A stretch of DNA of 64,000 nt, from NCBI GenBank assembly GCA_937894725.1, contig CALAYL010000054.1, forward strand, positions 617 to 64,616. Reading direction: 5' to 3'. The notes beneath the pieces are model-generated. The model did no database searches. It was not told the DNA's origin and saw nothing but the letters and a program-made list of their open reading frames with translations. Shown in pieces: positions 45,277-56,381 of this stretch. The first letter of the stretch is position 1; every line of letters begins with the position of its first letter. The position numbers and the translations under genes were made by a program. This DNA is from an uncultured Bacteroidota bacterium (GTDB lineage Bacteria; Bacteroidota; Bacteroidia; Chitinophagales; LD1).

Positions 45277-48132
45277 ATGAACTTACCCATAGAGGAACAC
45301 CTCATCAATGAACCTGATTTTATAGAGGTATATGGCGCTAGAGTTCATAATCTCAAAAATATAGATATTAAGATTCCCCGAAATCAATTGGTGGTTATCA
45401 CAGGCGTGAGTGGTAGTGGCAAGTCCTCATTGGCTTTCGATACTATTTATGCTGAAGGTCAGCGAAGATATTTGGAGAGTTTATCGGCATACGCTCGTCA
45501 GTTTATTGGCAATCTTGAACGCCCCGATGTAGATAAGATTTTTGGACTTTCACCGGTTATTTCTATTGAGCAAAAATCAACAAATCGCAACCCTCGATCT
45601 ACTGTAGGAACGGTCACTGATATTTATGATTTTATTCGGCTATTGTACGCTCGAGCAGGCGAGGCCTATTCCTTCAATACCGGCAAGAAGATGGTCAAGT
45701 TTACAGAAGAGCAGATACTCGATCAACTATTACAATTTCATACAGATAAAAAGCTGATGTTTCTAGCGCCTTTGGTAAAAGGAAGAAAAGGACACTATCG
45801 AGAATTATTTGAAAACATACTCAAGCAAGGTTATCTCAAAGTCAGAGTAGATGGAGAAATAGTAGAGTTGAAACCTAAAATGCAGCTCGACCGTTTTGTG
45901 ATTCACGATATCGAATTAATAGTGGATTCACTTACTGTAAATGAAAAAAGTAAAGACCGACTTCGGCAAGCATTGCAGACAGGAATGAAGCAGGGAAAGG
46001 GTTTGGTCATGTTGATAGATACAGAAACACAGACTTCATTTTATTTTTCAAAACACCTCATGTGCTCCGATACTGGTATTTCTTATGAAGAACCCTCACC
46101 AAATTCTTTTTCCTTTAACTCACCCTATGGCGCCTGCACTACCTGCAATGGATTAGGTCAAACCTATGAAGTTTCGCTTGATACCATTATGCCTGACAGT
46201 TCCGTATCAATCAATAAAGGCGGCATATTGCCCATAGGAGAAGTACGTACTAATTTTATTTTTAAAGAACTCAATACTATTGCTAAGAAGTATAAATTTT
46301 CGTTGGCTTCGCCTATCGAAAAAATACCCGCAGAGGCACGTAATTTTATTTTGTATGGAGATGCCTCACCTGATGAGGAGGAAGGAGAAATGGAAATTCT
46401 TGATTTTGATGATAGATGGTACACGCTTAGCAAAGGGGGATTGGTAGGCATGCTAAAACGTTGTTTTAGATATACCACATCTGATAGTATTCGCTCATGG
46501 GCAGAAGGTTTTATGGATAGTGTAGATTGCCATGCTTGTGGAGGTACGCGCATTCGCAAAGAGTCGTTGTATTTCAAAATAGATGATAAAAACATAGGTG
46601 AACTCGCTATGCTCGATATTGACGAACTAGCCAAATGGTTTGAAAATCTGGAGCAGGGGCTCTCAGAGCGACAACTTTTGATTGCTAAAGATTTATTGAA
46701 AGAAATACGTGCACGTATCGGCTTTATTCTTGATGTAGGATTAGATTATTTGTCGCTCCATCGACCCTCAAAATCGCTCTCTGGTGGCGAAGCACAGCGT
46801 ATCCGATTAGCTACACAGATTGGCTCACAGCTATCGGGTATCACCTATATACTTGATGAACCAAGTATTGGTCTTCATCAGCGAGATAATCAACAACTCA
46901 TTAAGGCACTTCGCAAATTAAGCGATTCACCAAATACCGTTTTGGTGGTAGAACACGACAAGGATATTATGCTCGAAAGTGACTATATCATTGATATAGG
47001 ACCTGGGGCTGGAGAGCACGGTGGAAACATAATCGCACAAGGCACACCAAAAGAATTTTTAAAAACAAATGCTACTACTGCGCAATATTTGAGCAATATA
47101 TTGCGCATTGAAGTGCCCAAAAGCAGACGAAAAGGTACAGGAGAAAAGCTGACTTTATCTGGCGCTACGGGTCATAATCTTAAAAATCTAACCGTTGATT
47201 TTCCACTGGGTAAATTGATTTGTGTAACAGGTGTGTCGGGTGGTGGAAAGTCGAGTTTGATAGGAGAAACTTTATACCCTATTTTATCAAAGCATTTTTA
47301 TCGAAGCAATACAAAGCCCCTACCTTACAAAAAGATAAAGGGACTTGAGTATATCGATAAAGTGATTGAAATAGATCAATCGCCAATAGGGCGTACACCC
47401 CGCTCCAATCCTGCCACTTACATCAAAATGTTTGACGAAATTCGTAAGCTTTTTGCCCAGTTGCCTGAAGCGAAAATTAGAGGCTATCAGCCAGGTCGAT
47501 TTTCGTTTAATGTAAAAGGTGGACGTTGTGAAGAATGTCAGGGTGGAGGTATGAAAGTGATACAGATGAATTTTTTGCCCGATGTGGAAGTGTTATGTGA
47601 GAAGTGTCAAGGTAAACGATACAATAGAGAAACACTCGAGGTGCGCTACAAAGGAAAATCAATCAATGATGTACTGAATATGACCATAGAAGAGGCCGCT
47701 ATATTCTTTGAAGCAGTGCCTTCTATCTCACCTAAGTTGCAGACATTGCTCAATGTGGGCTTGGGTTATGTACGTCTAGGGCAGTCTTCTACTACGCTCT
47801 CTGGTGGCGAAGCGCAACGTGTGAAACTGTCTTCGGAGTTGAGTAAAAGAGATACAGGCAAAACATTTTACATACTTGACGAACCTACTACTGGCCTTCA
47901 TTTCAATGATATCAAAGTGTTGCTTGATGTACTCAATAAGTTGGTCGATAAAGGCAATACAATTTTAGTCATAGAGCACAATATGGATGTAATCAAAATG
48001 GCAGATCATATCATCGATATTGGTCCCGAAGGTGGCAGCAAGGGCGGCACTATAGTAGCGGAAGGTACACCAGAGCATGTGGCTAAGTCACCTTCCAGCT
48101 ATACGGCTAAATTTTTAAAAAATGAGTTGTAG
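45277..48132 (+). CDS. uvrA: Excinuclease ABC subunit A
   Basis: 951 aa. Two ABC modules (GVSGSGKSSLAFDT, GVSGGGKSSL), LSGGEAQR twice, and zinc-finger Cys clusters. Confidence 0.97.
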   Translation: MNLPIEEHLINEPDFIEVYGARVHNLKNIDIKIPRNQLVVITGVSGSGKSSLAFDTIYAEGQRRYLESLSAYARQFIGNLERPDVDKIFGLSPVISIEQKSTNRNPRSTVGTVTDIYDFIRLLYARAGEAYSFNTGKKMVKFTEEQILDQLLQFHTDKKLMFLAPLVKGRKGHYRELFENILKQGYLKVRVDGEIVELKPKMQLDRFVIHDIELIVDSLTVNEKSKDRLRQALQTGMKQGKGLVMLIDTETQTSFYFSKHLMCSDTGISYEEPSPNSFSFNSPYGACTTCNGLGQTYEVSLDTIMPDSSVSINKGGILPIGEVRTNFIFKELNTIAKKYKFSLASPIEKIPAEARNFILYGDASPDEEEGEMEILDFDDRWYTLSKGGLVGMLKRCFRYTTSDSIRSWAEGFMDSVDCHACGGTRIRKESLYFKIDDKNIGELAMLDIDELAKWFENLEQGLSERQLLIAKDLLKEIRARIGFILDVGLDYLSLHRPSKSLSGGEAQRIRLATQIGSQLSGITYILDEPSIGLHQRDNQQLIKALRKLSDSPNTVLVVEHDKDIMLESDYIIDIGPGAGEHGGNIIAQGTPKEFLKTNATTAQYLSNILRIEVPKSRRKGTGEKLTLSGATGHNLKNLTVDFPLGKLICVTGVSGGGKSSLIGETLYPILSKHFYRSNTKPLPYKKIKGLEYIDKVIEIDQSPIGRTPRSNPATYIKMFDEIRKLFAQLPEAKIRGYQPGRFSFNVKGGRCEECQGGGMKVIQMNFLPDVEVLCEKCQGKRYNRETLEVRYKGKSINDVLNMTIEEAAIFFEAVPSISPKLQTLLNVGLGYVRLGQSSTTLSGGEAQRVKLSSELSKRDTGKTFYILDEPTTGLHFNDIKVLLDVLNKLVDKGNTILVIEHNMDVIKMADHIIDIGPEGGSKGGTIVAEGTPEHVAKSPSSYTAKFLKNEL

Positions 48133-48223
48133 CTTTTTTTGAAAATGCAGTTTTGTAGTCTAAACTGAAAATAGCTAACAAAAACATTCTTTTATTTATT
48201 TTGGTAAAAAAATACGTTCATCA

Positions 48224-50314
48224 ATGTATCTCCCTTCAGACGAATTAGCTTTACAAAACGATACGCAATATTTGCTTGCTAAAGCAGATATTGGTGCAGA
48301 AGATTTGGAAAATCTAAAGCGTGTACTTCGCTATCACGATTGGCGATATTATGTGCAAAGCGAACCGCTTATCACAGATTTTGATTATGATATATTGTTT
48401 CATGCACTCAAAAAGTTAGAGCATGAAAATATTTCGCTAATCACCCCCGATTCTCCTACTCAACGAGTAGCTAAAACCTTAACAGGAGATTTTTCAACTG
48501 TACCACATTTAGCAGCCATGCTATCGCTCGAAAACACATATAATATTGAAGAGGTAACTGATTTTGAAAGCTCGGTGTTGAAACAAACTCAAGGAGCACC
48601 CACTGTTTTTTGTGTAGAACCTAAATTTGATGGAGCGAGTATAGCCTTGGTGTATGAAAATGATGTATTGGTGCGAGCAGCTACACGTGGCGATGGCACT
48701 GCGGGAGAAGATATCACTCACAATGCAAAAGCTATATCGACTATTCCGCTCACAGCTCCTTTTTCAAAATATGGTATTCATACCATAGAACTCAGAGGCG
48801 AAGTGATTATTCAAAAAGATATTTTTTTACAAAAAAATGCGGAGCGCAAAGCACAGGGCGATAAAGAGTTTCAAAATGCACGCAATACAGCATCAGGTTC
48901 TTTGCGAATGAAAGACCCAGCCGAAGTAGCACAACGTGGACTAGAAGCTATTTTGTACCACGTGAGCTATGCCGCAGATAAAAGTGGCAAGTCGGTGATT
49001 TTGACACAGCTAAAATCACATTTTAAAAACATTGAAATGCTTGATGATTGTGGATTTAAGACCCCAATCCATGAAATGAAACTGTGCAAAAGTGTAGAGG
49101 AAGTAGCGTCCTTTTTGAAACTTTGGATAGAAAAACGCTATACTTTTGAGATCGAAACCGATGGTATGGTCATAAAAGTAAATGACCTCCAACAACAGAT
49201 GCAGTGCGGATCTACAGCGCACCATCCTCGCTGGGCGGTAGCTTACAAATTTCCTGCAAAACAAGCGCAGTCCACACTTTTGGCGGTAGAATTTCAAGTG
49301 GGACGTACAGGTGCCGTCACTCCAGTAGCTAAGATTGAACCAGTACAACTGAGTGGAGTGACTATATCGTCTATATCGTTGCATAATGCAGATTTTATAA
49401 CAGAAAAGGAACTGGCAATCAACGATCTTGTGATTGTAGAACGTGCTGGTGAAGTGATTCCTTACATTGTAGGGAAGGTGCAACAGACGGGTAGAACTAC
49501 TACTCCCATTGAGTTTCCGACTGTTTGCCCTAGCTGTGCCAGTCCACTCACCAAACCAGACGATGAGGCAATTTGGCGATGCGATAATGCGGACTGCCCT
49601 GCGCAGTTAGAAGAACGCATCATTCATTTTGTATCTAAAGCTGCTATGGATATTGATGGACTTGGAAGACAGATTGTAATCGACTTTTTGGCACAAAATA
49701 TCATTCATAGTATTGAGAATATCTACTCTATAGATTATAGCCGAATCGAAGGTATGGAAGGTTGGGGAAAAAAATCTATTGAAAATCTTCAACAAGGTAT
49801 TGATAGGTCAAAAGACAAACCGCTTTGGCGCTTGCTTGTAGCGCTTGGTATTAGGCATGTTGGGGTGGGTACGTCAAAAGATTTAGCAAAGCATATCGTA
49901 CATATCTTTGATCTTAAAAACAAGACACAAGAAGAACTCACCAATATCGAAGGTATAGGGCCAAAAGTAGCAGAAAGTGTAGTGCGGTTTTTTTCAACTC
50001 CAGCTAACTTGTATCTACTTGAAGCTTTAGAAAAAGCAGGAGTGAATTTAGAAAATAGAACGCAAGACAGCGCAAAATCATCCAATGTGCTTGAGGGAAA
50101 ATCATTTTTATTTACGGGTACGCTCACAGCTTTTTCGCGAGATAGAGCTAAGCAGCTGGTGGAGGAAAACGGTGGGCGATTATTAAGCAGTGTTTCTGCC
50201 AATCTTGATTTTCTGGTCGTAGGTACAGATGCGGGTAGCAAACTCGCCAAGGCTCAAAAAATGGAGTCCATTCAAATTATTACAGAACAAGAGTTTTTAG
50301 CAAAAATCGAATAG
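48224..50314 (+). CDS. ligA: NAD-dependent DNA ligase
   Basis: 696 aa. Adenylation motif EPKFDGASI, Zn finger CPSCASPL...CDNADCPAQ, HhH repeats and a C-terminal BRCT (GKSFLFTGTL). Confidence 0.97.
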   Translation: MYLPSDELALQNDTQYLLAKADIGAEDLENLKRVLRYHDWRYYVQSEPLITDFDYDILFHALKKLEHENISLITPDSPTQRVAKTLTGDFSTVPHLAAMLSLENTYNIEEVTDFESSVLKQTQGAPTVFCVEPKFDGASIALVYENDVLVRAATRGDGTAGEDITHNAKAISTIPLTAPFSKYGIHTIELRGEVIIQKDIFLQKNAERKAQGDKEFQNARNTASGSLRMKDPAEVAQRGLEAILYHVSYAADKSGKSVILTQLKSHFKNIEMLDDCGFKTPIHEMKLCKSVEEVASFLKLWIEKRYTFEIETDGMVIKVNDLQQQMQCGSTAHHPRWAVAYKFPAKQAQSTLLAVEFQVGRTGAVTPVAKIEPVQLSGVTISSISLHNADFITEKELAINDLVIVERAGEVIPYIVGKVQQTGRTTTPIEFPTVCPSCASPLTKPDDEAIWRCDNADCPAQLEERIIHFVSKAAMDIDGLGRQIVIDFLAQNIIHSIENIYSIDYSRIEGMEGWGKKSIENLQQGIDRSKDKPLWRLLVALGIRHVGVGTSKDLAKHIVHIFDLKNKTQEELTNIEGIGPKVAESVVRFFSTPANLYLLEALEKAGVNLENRTQDSAKSSNVLEGKSFLFTGTLTAFSRDRAKQLVEENGGRLLSSVSANLDFLVVGTDAGSKLAKAQKMESIQIITEQEFLAKIE

Positions 50315-50321
50315 CGATTGA

Positions 50322-51035
50322 TTACTTAAATAGCGCTTCAAAAACCAAATGTGATTTTATTTCTTTGAAATAATCAATGTGGTAGGTGTAGTATTGGAGT
50401 AGTTTTTCTAGAAGAGATTTTCGTAGTTCTTTTGTACTTTGATACTCCACTTTAGTATAGTTGCAAATCGATGCTAACAGCGCACTTTCATTTACAGACA
50501 TGCAGTTTGCTCCTTGATAATTTTGCGGTAAAAATGAGCCTTGTCGCAAATCAAAAATTGTATTTGTAGGGCCGAAATTTTCATCAGGATAAAACCCTAA
50601 AAAGCGAGTGAGATTTACCGCAAATTGTAAATGAAAAAGTGGCGTAGGTTTTATTTCGTCTAACAAAACAAGCTGCTCGAAAATATATTCAAATTGCTCC
50701 ATATTCGATTCGTGTTCGATAGTCGTAGCGGATACCAATTCTATCATAAACAGCATCAATGCAGACTTTGCGGTGTCGAATGGGATAGATTGATAAGTGT
50801 GCGCTCGCTTGATTTCTTTTAGGTAGTGAAGTTGTTTGTTGCTTTGATAGCTATAATCAATTTCAAGCAGAGTGCCTTTTTGAAGCATGGGTGCTTTTTG
50901 GCTTTTCGTATTACTACGAGCCCCTTTGATGAGAAAAGAAGTGACCCCATGAATATCAGTATATATCCTAGCTATAAGACTAGTTTCACCATACTTGATG
51001 GTTTGCAATATGACTCCTCTTGATTTATGATACAT
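50322..51035 (-). CDS. recO: DNA repair protein RecO
   Basis: 237 aa. An N-terminal OB-fold pattern (RGVILQTIKYGETSLIARIYT) is followed by a helical domain. It is convergent with ligA, with a 7-nt gap. Confidence 0.85.
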   Translation of the reverse strand: MYHKSRGVILQTIKYGETSLIARIYTDIHGVTSFLIKGARSNTKSQKAPMLQKGTLLEIDYSYQSNKQLHYLKEIKRAHTYQSIPFDTAKSALMLFMIELVSATTIEHESNMEQFEYIFEQLVLLDEIKPTPLFHLQFAVNLTRFLGFYPDENFGPTNTIFDLRQGSFLPQNYQGANCMSVNESALLASICNYTKVEYQSTKELRKSLLEKLLQYYTYHIDYFKEIKSHLVFEALFK

Positions 51036-51060
51036 CTGCTACAAAGTAGCAGCTTTCTTA

Positions 51061-53349
51061 TCAATTTAGCAATACAATTTTTGCTACGCTTTTTTCTTTG
51101 CCTGCGTCTGTGGCTGCATATACTACATAAACGCCTGAGGCTACACGCTTTCCTTCGTAGCCTTTGCCATCCCAAATCATTTGCCCGCCATTCGCTCTGC
51201 CTTGATATACCAACACGCCCGCAGCATCAGTGATTTTGACATAAGCATCATCTACGAGTCCTTTGACTGCTATGGGGCCGTTGTAAGTAGGCTGTACTGG
51301 ATTTGGATATACAAGCACTTCGCCCTTTGTCTCATTACCCAATATGGCATCACCTTGATAGCTCACTAGACCCTCTTCTGTACCGATAAACACCTCACCT
51401 GTTGTTTGATTGATACGGATATCGGTGATGCCATTAGAGGGTAATGGACTGTTTTCGGTCGTAAAATTTAAGAGCTCTTTTTTTCCATCAGCAGATATTA
51501 GATACACACCACTCAGAGTGCCTACCCATTTGCGATTAGCGCCATCTATAGCTATAGCTTTTACTATCTCCGTACTAAAGAGATAACCAATAAAGCCATC
51601 CCGCTCTACCTTTACTCTATCTGCATCGCAACCGTTGTTGCTAAATACACTACTTGCGCAATAGAAGGTGCCTATTCCCTCATCAGTACCTACCCAAATA
51701 TCATTTTCTTTATCCTCGACCAAGCACCATACAGAATTATTGGGTAATCCGCCATTGCCTGTTCCTGCCCCTAAGCGCTTCCATTGGTCATCTGCAATAT
51801 TGTCGAGGTCATTGCCAGGGTTATACACTATCACATCGCCATCTCGCTGACACATCCATAACCAACCTCTACTATCTACAATCATTTTGCGAGTAGAGCG
51901 TATATAGTATGGTACGGTGATGATTACCCAATTGCCATTTGGCTTCAGGATTTTGAGTTGTCGTACACCAGACGAATTCATCATCCATACGTTTCCATCT
52001 CTGTCTGTAGTGAGTGCTGATACATAGACTCCGATACCACCTAGATTTTCTAACACACTATTGGTGTTGTCTAACACTTTCACATCGCCATTGTCTATGG
52101 TCATTTCGGTAAGCCCACCTCCCCAAGAACCCCAATAAGCTTTACGAGTTACGCTAGACACTCCCACGCTGAGATTGTCTGTTGTATTATAGAGTTGGCC
52201 ATACCCATTGAAACCATTTTTTAGCACCCATTGGTTGTCTTTATAAACCACAATACCATCTCTATTACTAAAGAAAGTAGTGTAATTTGGATCTACACCT
52301 CCTGCTGCTACATATAAGTTTCCTTCAAAAATGGTCATATTAAAAACCCCATTTGACAAAGGGCCATTAGGAACAAATCGATCACCAGCGCTGCTAGGTG
52401 TAGCGTATTTCATTAGGCCATTCCACAAGTCGGCAATCCAAATATTATCCGATACCACGATATCTAGCGGGCGTGAAGAACCATCAAACGTTTTTTCTAC
52501 ATAAGTGCCATTTTGCTCAAACACAATCCATTTGTTTCTAAAGCCGCCAGCGGTATCATTCCACATGCTCACCCATAGTTTATTGTCAACTGCATGAATG
52601 TTTTTTACAACCCAGCTTTTTTGTTCGTATAAAAGTTGCCAGCTCGTACCATTATATTGATAAAGGGTATCACTTATTGAGGCTACAGTAAGTCCTCCAG
52701 CACTCGCTACATGGCTTGCTTTGCGAGCAGGTATGCCGTTAGTTTGTATTGTCCAGCTGTTGAAGTCTTGGAGGTTACTACTGTTTGTGTTGGCTATTTT
52801 TATACCCTCCTTAGTAGCTGCAAAAAGTTTATTACCTGCTATGGTGGTATTGTTTACGGGAGTTTCGGCTCCTCCCATACCGATTACATAAGTGCTTTTA
52901 AACTCTTGCGCATTGAGGTCGATAACAGACAAGCCAATATCTGACGAGAGGTAAATTCGGGCCCCATCGCTGTAAAGTCCATTGATAGATTTTGAGCTCG
53001 TGGTAAGCTTGTTTTTTAAATCTGGAAGATTATAGATTTTATCACCATCTACAAGCAAATCAATGTTGCTGTTTTGATAAGCAATGACAAGCGTTTTAGT
53101 AGTCTTATTATAGGCAATATGACTTATGCCTATATCGCTAAGTCCTTTTGTTTTATCGAGTGTATGAATGGAATTGTCTGCTTTGTCTATATAAAAAATA
53201 GAAATATCGCAATTTACATATATCCTGTCTGGTGATTCTGCTAGCTCAAACGCATTATTGTATGGTAAAAATGATTTCCAAGTGCCGATAGGGCGTTGTG
53301 CAAAAAGAAGTTGACTCCATAAAATGAGTCCAAAAAACCAAATACGCAT
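51061..53349 (-). CDS. porZ: Two-propeller T9SS protein, PorZ-like (two-component-regulator propeller repeats + type-A sorting domain)
   Basis: 762 aa with a signal peptide. Repeated beta-propeller blades contain the W(V/I)GT / IW.. motifs (DIWVGTDEGI, RKWVGTLSGV, NKLWVSMWND). The C-terminus is VLVYPNPVQPTYNGPIAVKGL...GVYVVYAATDAGKEKSVAKIVLL. Length and architecture match PorZ. Confidence 0.65.
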   Translation of the reverse strand: MRIWFFGLILWSQLLFAQRPIGTWKSFLPYNNAFELAESPDRIYVNCDISIFYIDKADNSIHTLDKTKGLSDIGISHIAYNKTTKTLVIAYQNSNIDLLVDGDKIYNLPDLKNKLTTSSKSINGLYSDGARIYLSSDIGLSVIDLNAQEFKSTYVIGMGGAETPVNNTTIAGNKLFAATKEGIKIANTNSSNLQDFNSWTIQTNGIPARKASHVASAGGLTVASISDTLYQYNGTSWQLLYEQKSWVVKNIHAVDNKLWVSMWNDTAGGFRNKWIVFEQNGTYVEKTFDGSSRPLDIVVSDNIWIADLWNGLMKYATPSSAGDRFVPNGPLSNGVFNMTIFEGNLYVAAGGVDPNYTTFFSNRDGIVVYKDNQWVLKNGFNGYGQLYNTTDNLSVGVSSVTRKAYWGSWGGGLTEMTIDNGDVKVLDNTNSVLENLGGIGVYVSALTTDRDGNVWMMNSSGVRQLKILKPNGNWVIITVPYYIRSTRKMIVDSRGWLWMCQRDGDVIVYNPGNDLDNIADDQWKRLGAGTGNGGLPNNSVWCLVEDKENDIWVGTDEGIGTFYCASSVFSNNGCDADRVKVERDGFIGYLFSTEIVKAIAIDGANRKWVGTLSGVYLISADGKKELLNFTTENSPLPSNGITDIRINQTTGEVFIGTEEGLVSYQGDAILGNETKGEVLVYPNPVQPTYNGPIAVKGLVDDAYVKITDAAGVLVYQGRANGGQMIWDGKGYEGKRVASGVYVVYAATDAGKEKSVAKIVLLN

Positions 53350-53547
53350 TGAGTCGAAAGTTTAGTAATGTCGAAGATACTATTTCGTTCTAAAAACGAA
53401 GAGTTAAAAGGAATATTGCTTACTTCCGAACGGATGTTTTTGATTCATCAAAAACGCAAAGCCTAAATCTTACATGGTCTGAAATGCAAAGTTTGGTGGT
53501 CTCAAATCAGGTATGGGTAAAATACATAACTCAAAACATAACCAATA

Positions 53548-54369
53548 TTAGCCCTCTTTTTCTCCTGGAAATAATTGCATAATCGCATCACTCACCCCCA
53601 TATTTGAAAATCCACCATCATGATAAAGGTTTTGCATGGTCACGTATTTTGTCAAATCTGAAAACAAGGTGATGCAATAGTTTGCGCAGGCTTCGGCACT
53701 AGCATTGCCTAGTGGCGACATCTTGTCTGCGAAACCAAAAAAGGTATCAAAGCCCTTGATGCCAGACCCCGCAGTAGTCATAGTAGGTGACTGTGAAATG
53801 GAATTGACGCGTACTTTTTTATCTACGCCATAATAATAGCCAAACGACCGCACAATAGACTCTAAGGTAGCCTTAGCATCAGCCATATCGCCATAGCCTG
53901 GAAAAGCTTTTTGCGCAGCAATATAGGTGAGTGTAAGCACAGATCCCCACTCGTTTAGCGCATCGAGTTTTTTGCAAGTTTGTAAGGTTTTGTGCAATGA
54001 AAATGCGGATATGTCGTAAGTCTTATTCATCCACTCATAGTTGAGATCAGTGTAGGTTTTGCCTTTGCGAACATTTGGCGACATACCTATTGAGTGCAAT
54101 ACAAAGTCTAGTTTGCCACCAAGATGCGCTACCGAATCAAGGATGAGTTTTTCTAAGTCTTCAACTACTGTGGCATCAGCTGGGAGTACTATGGTACCGC
54201 ATTTTTCGGCTAGTTTGTTTATCTCGCCCATACGAAGTGCCACAGGGGCATTTGTAAGCGTAAAAATTGCACCTTGCTCATGCGCTTTGAGCGCCACTTT
54301 CCAAGCTATAGAATTTTCGTCCAATGCACCAAAGATAATGCCCCGTTTGCCTTTCAAAAGTCCGTTCAT
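53548..54369 (-). CDS. fabI: Enoyl-ACP reductase (NADH), FabI type
   Basis: 273 aa. SDR fold with NSIAWKVA and the Tyr/Lys catalytic region YIAAQKAFPGYGDMADAKATLE. Confidence 0.9.
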   Translation of the reverse strand: MNGLLKGKRGIIFGALDENSIAWKVALKAHEQGAIFTLTNAPVALRMGEINKLAEKCGTIVLPADATVVEDLEKLILDSVAHLGGKLDFVLHSIGMSPNVRKGKTYTDLNYEWMNKTYDISAFSLHKTLQTCKKLDALNEWGSVLTLTYIAAQKAFPGYGDMADAKATLESIVRSFGYYYGVDKKVRVNSISQSPTMTTAGSGIKGFDTFFGFADKMSPLGNASAEACANYCITLFSDLTKYVTMQNLYHDGGFSNMGVSDAIMQLFPGEKEG

Positions 54370-54467
54370 AGCCTATGTTTTGTTTTTGTAAATGTAATAA
54401 AATTCGATACGGAGCACAAAAAAGGCTACTCTTTTGTGAATAGCCTTTCTATAAATTTTGTATGTGA

Positions 54468-56258
54468 TTAGGCATATAATGCCTCAATCTGTTTCGCATA
54501 TTTTTCAGATACTATTTTGCGTTTTACTTTCATCGTAGGCGTGAGTTCACCCCCATCTACTGTCCATTCGTCAGCCATGAGTTCAAAACGTTTGATAGTT
54601 TCCCACTGTCCGAAAAATTTATTTTTCTCGTCAATGGCATCTCTGAATAGTTGTTTTACTTTCGGATTAGCAATGATGTCTTTATTGCTTCCTACATTAA
54701 CGCCATTCGATACACACCAATCTTTTAATGCCACGAAGTTAGGCACTATCAATGCGCTCACATAGTTTTTGCCTTCACCTATCACGAGCATTTGCTCGAT
54801 AAACGAAATTTCTTTCATCTTGCTTTCTAACGAAAGTGGAGCTATGTATTTACCCCCTGAGGTTTTGAAAATTTCTTTCACACGGTCAGTAATCTTCAAG
54901 TATTTTGCGCCTTTATGCTCTATAAAAGTACCCACATCGCCCGTTTTGATCCAACCGTCAACAATCGTTTCGGCTGTGAGGTCAGGGCGATTGTAGTAAC
55001 CCAGCATCACGTTGGGACCTTTACACCAAATTTCACCTTCGCCTTCTTTCATGCCTTCTCTTTGCTCAAGCTTTACAGTTATCCCATCTATGACTACACC
55101 TACGGTGCCGAATACTATTTTTTCTAATTCAAATGGTGTCACGGTTATCACGGGCGAAGTTTCAGTTTGTCCATACCCCTCGCCTACCATAATGCCCGCA
55201 GCCGTAAATACTTTGGCTAATTTTGGATTTAGTTTTGCCGCTCCCGTACAGATGCCTATAGTATTGCCCCCTAATGCTTCACGCCATTTTGAGAAAATCA
55301 ATCTATCATAAGCCCAATGCTTCAGAGAGTCTATAGGACCAAGTTTTTTGCCAATTTCATAGTCATTAGCGAAAGCTAAAGCAGCGATATAAAGCTTCTT
55401 TTTAAAACCATCTAAGTTTGATGAAGCAGCTTCGAGTTTCATATATACTTTCTCTAACAAACGTGGTACAGAGGTAAAGAAATGGGGTTTGACTTCTTTC
55501 AAGTTTTCGGCTATTGCCTCCATACTTTCCGCATAATAGATAGAAATACCATTAGTCAAATAAACAAATCCTACCATGCGCTCAAAAATGTGGCATAGTG
55601 GCAAAAAGCTCAAAATTCGTTGGCTCGAGTTGAGGGGCAAAAGTGGATTTACTGCTTTTACGTTGCTCACGATATTGTTGTGCGAAAGCATTACCCCCTT
55701 AGGGTTTCCGGTAGTACCGGAGGTATAAATGATAGTAGCTAAATCATTCGGTTTAATGGATGCTTTAATCGCTTCCACTTCGCTAAAATCATTCCCTTCG
55801 GCTGTGGCTAAGAAATCTTTCCAGTTTTTTGCCCCAGCTACCTCATCAAATGTATAGATGTCTATAAGCGAAGGTACGTTCGGTTGTATAGACTTTATTT
55901 TATCATAGAGATTTTTATCTTCTACGAAAGCATATTTTATAGACGCATCGTTAAATATGAAATTGTATTCGTGTTCGCTAATCGTAGGATATACCGGCAC
56001 ATTCACTAAGCCAGCTTGGAGTGATGCCAGGTCTATAATGTTCCATTCTGGACGATTAGTAGATACAATAGCTATTTTATCCTCTCTTTTTAAGCTGAGT
56101 TTCAAAAAGGCCAAAGAAGCTTTGTTTGCCATATCAATAATCTGTTGTGTGGAATATTTAATCCACTGCCCGTTTACCTTATGGCAAAGAGCATCTGCTT
56201 GCGGATAGAGTTCATTTTGATAATGAATAATGTCAAATAAGCGGCTATATTCTTTCAT
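54468..56258 (-). CDS. fadD: Long-chain fatty acid--CoA ligase (AMP-forming)
   Basis: 596 aa. AMP-binding signature YTSGTTGNPKGVMLSH, plus the GYGQTET and GWIKTGD motifs. Confidence 0.9.
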   Translation of the reverse strand: MKEYSRLFDIIHYQNELYPQADALCHKVNGQWIKYSTQQIIDMANKASLAFLKLSLKREDKIAIVSTNRPEWNIIDLASLQAGLVNVPVYPTISEHEYNFIFNDASIKYAFVEDKNLYDKIKSIQPNVPSLIDIYTFDEVAGAKNWKDFLATAEGNDFSEVEAIKASIKPNDLATIIYTSGTTGNPKGVMLSHNNIVSNVKAVNPLLPLNSSQRILSFLPLCHIFERMVGFVYLTNGISIYYAESMEAIAENLKEVKPHFFTSVPRLLEKVYMKLEAASSNLDGFKKKLYIAALAFANDYEIGKKLGPIDSLKHWAYDRLIFSKWREALGGNTIGICTGAAKLNPKLAKVFTAAGIMVGEGYGQTETSPVITVTPFELEKIVFGTVGVVIDGITVKLEQREGMKEGEGEIWCKGPNVMLGYYNRPDLTAETIVDGWIKTGDVGTFIEHKGAKYLKITDRVKEIFKTSGGKYIAPLSLESKMKEISFIEQMLVIGEGKNYVSALIVPNFVALKDWCVSNGVNVGSNKDIIANPKVKQLFRDAIDEKNKFFGQWETIKRFELMADEWTVDGGELTPTMKVKRKIVSEKYAKQIEALYA

Positions 56259-56381
56259 GATTTTGGGTTTTGATTTTTAAATATATAGATTTTATTGACT
56301 TAGCCAATTTTGATTGTGCATGTTAAGTACTTTTTTGATTTTTTTTAATAGCGATTAAGATTCTTTTTTCTACTTTCGCAA

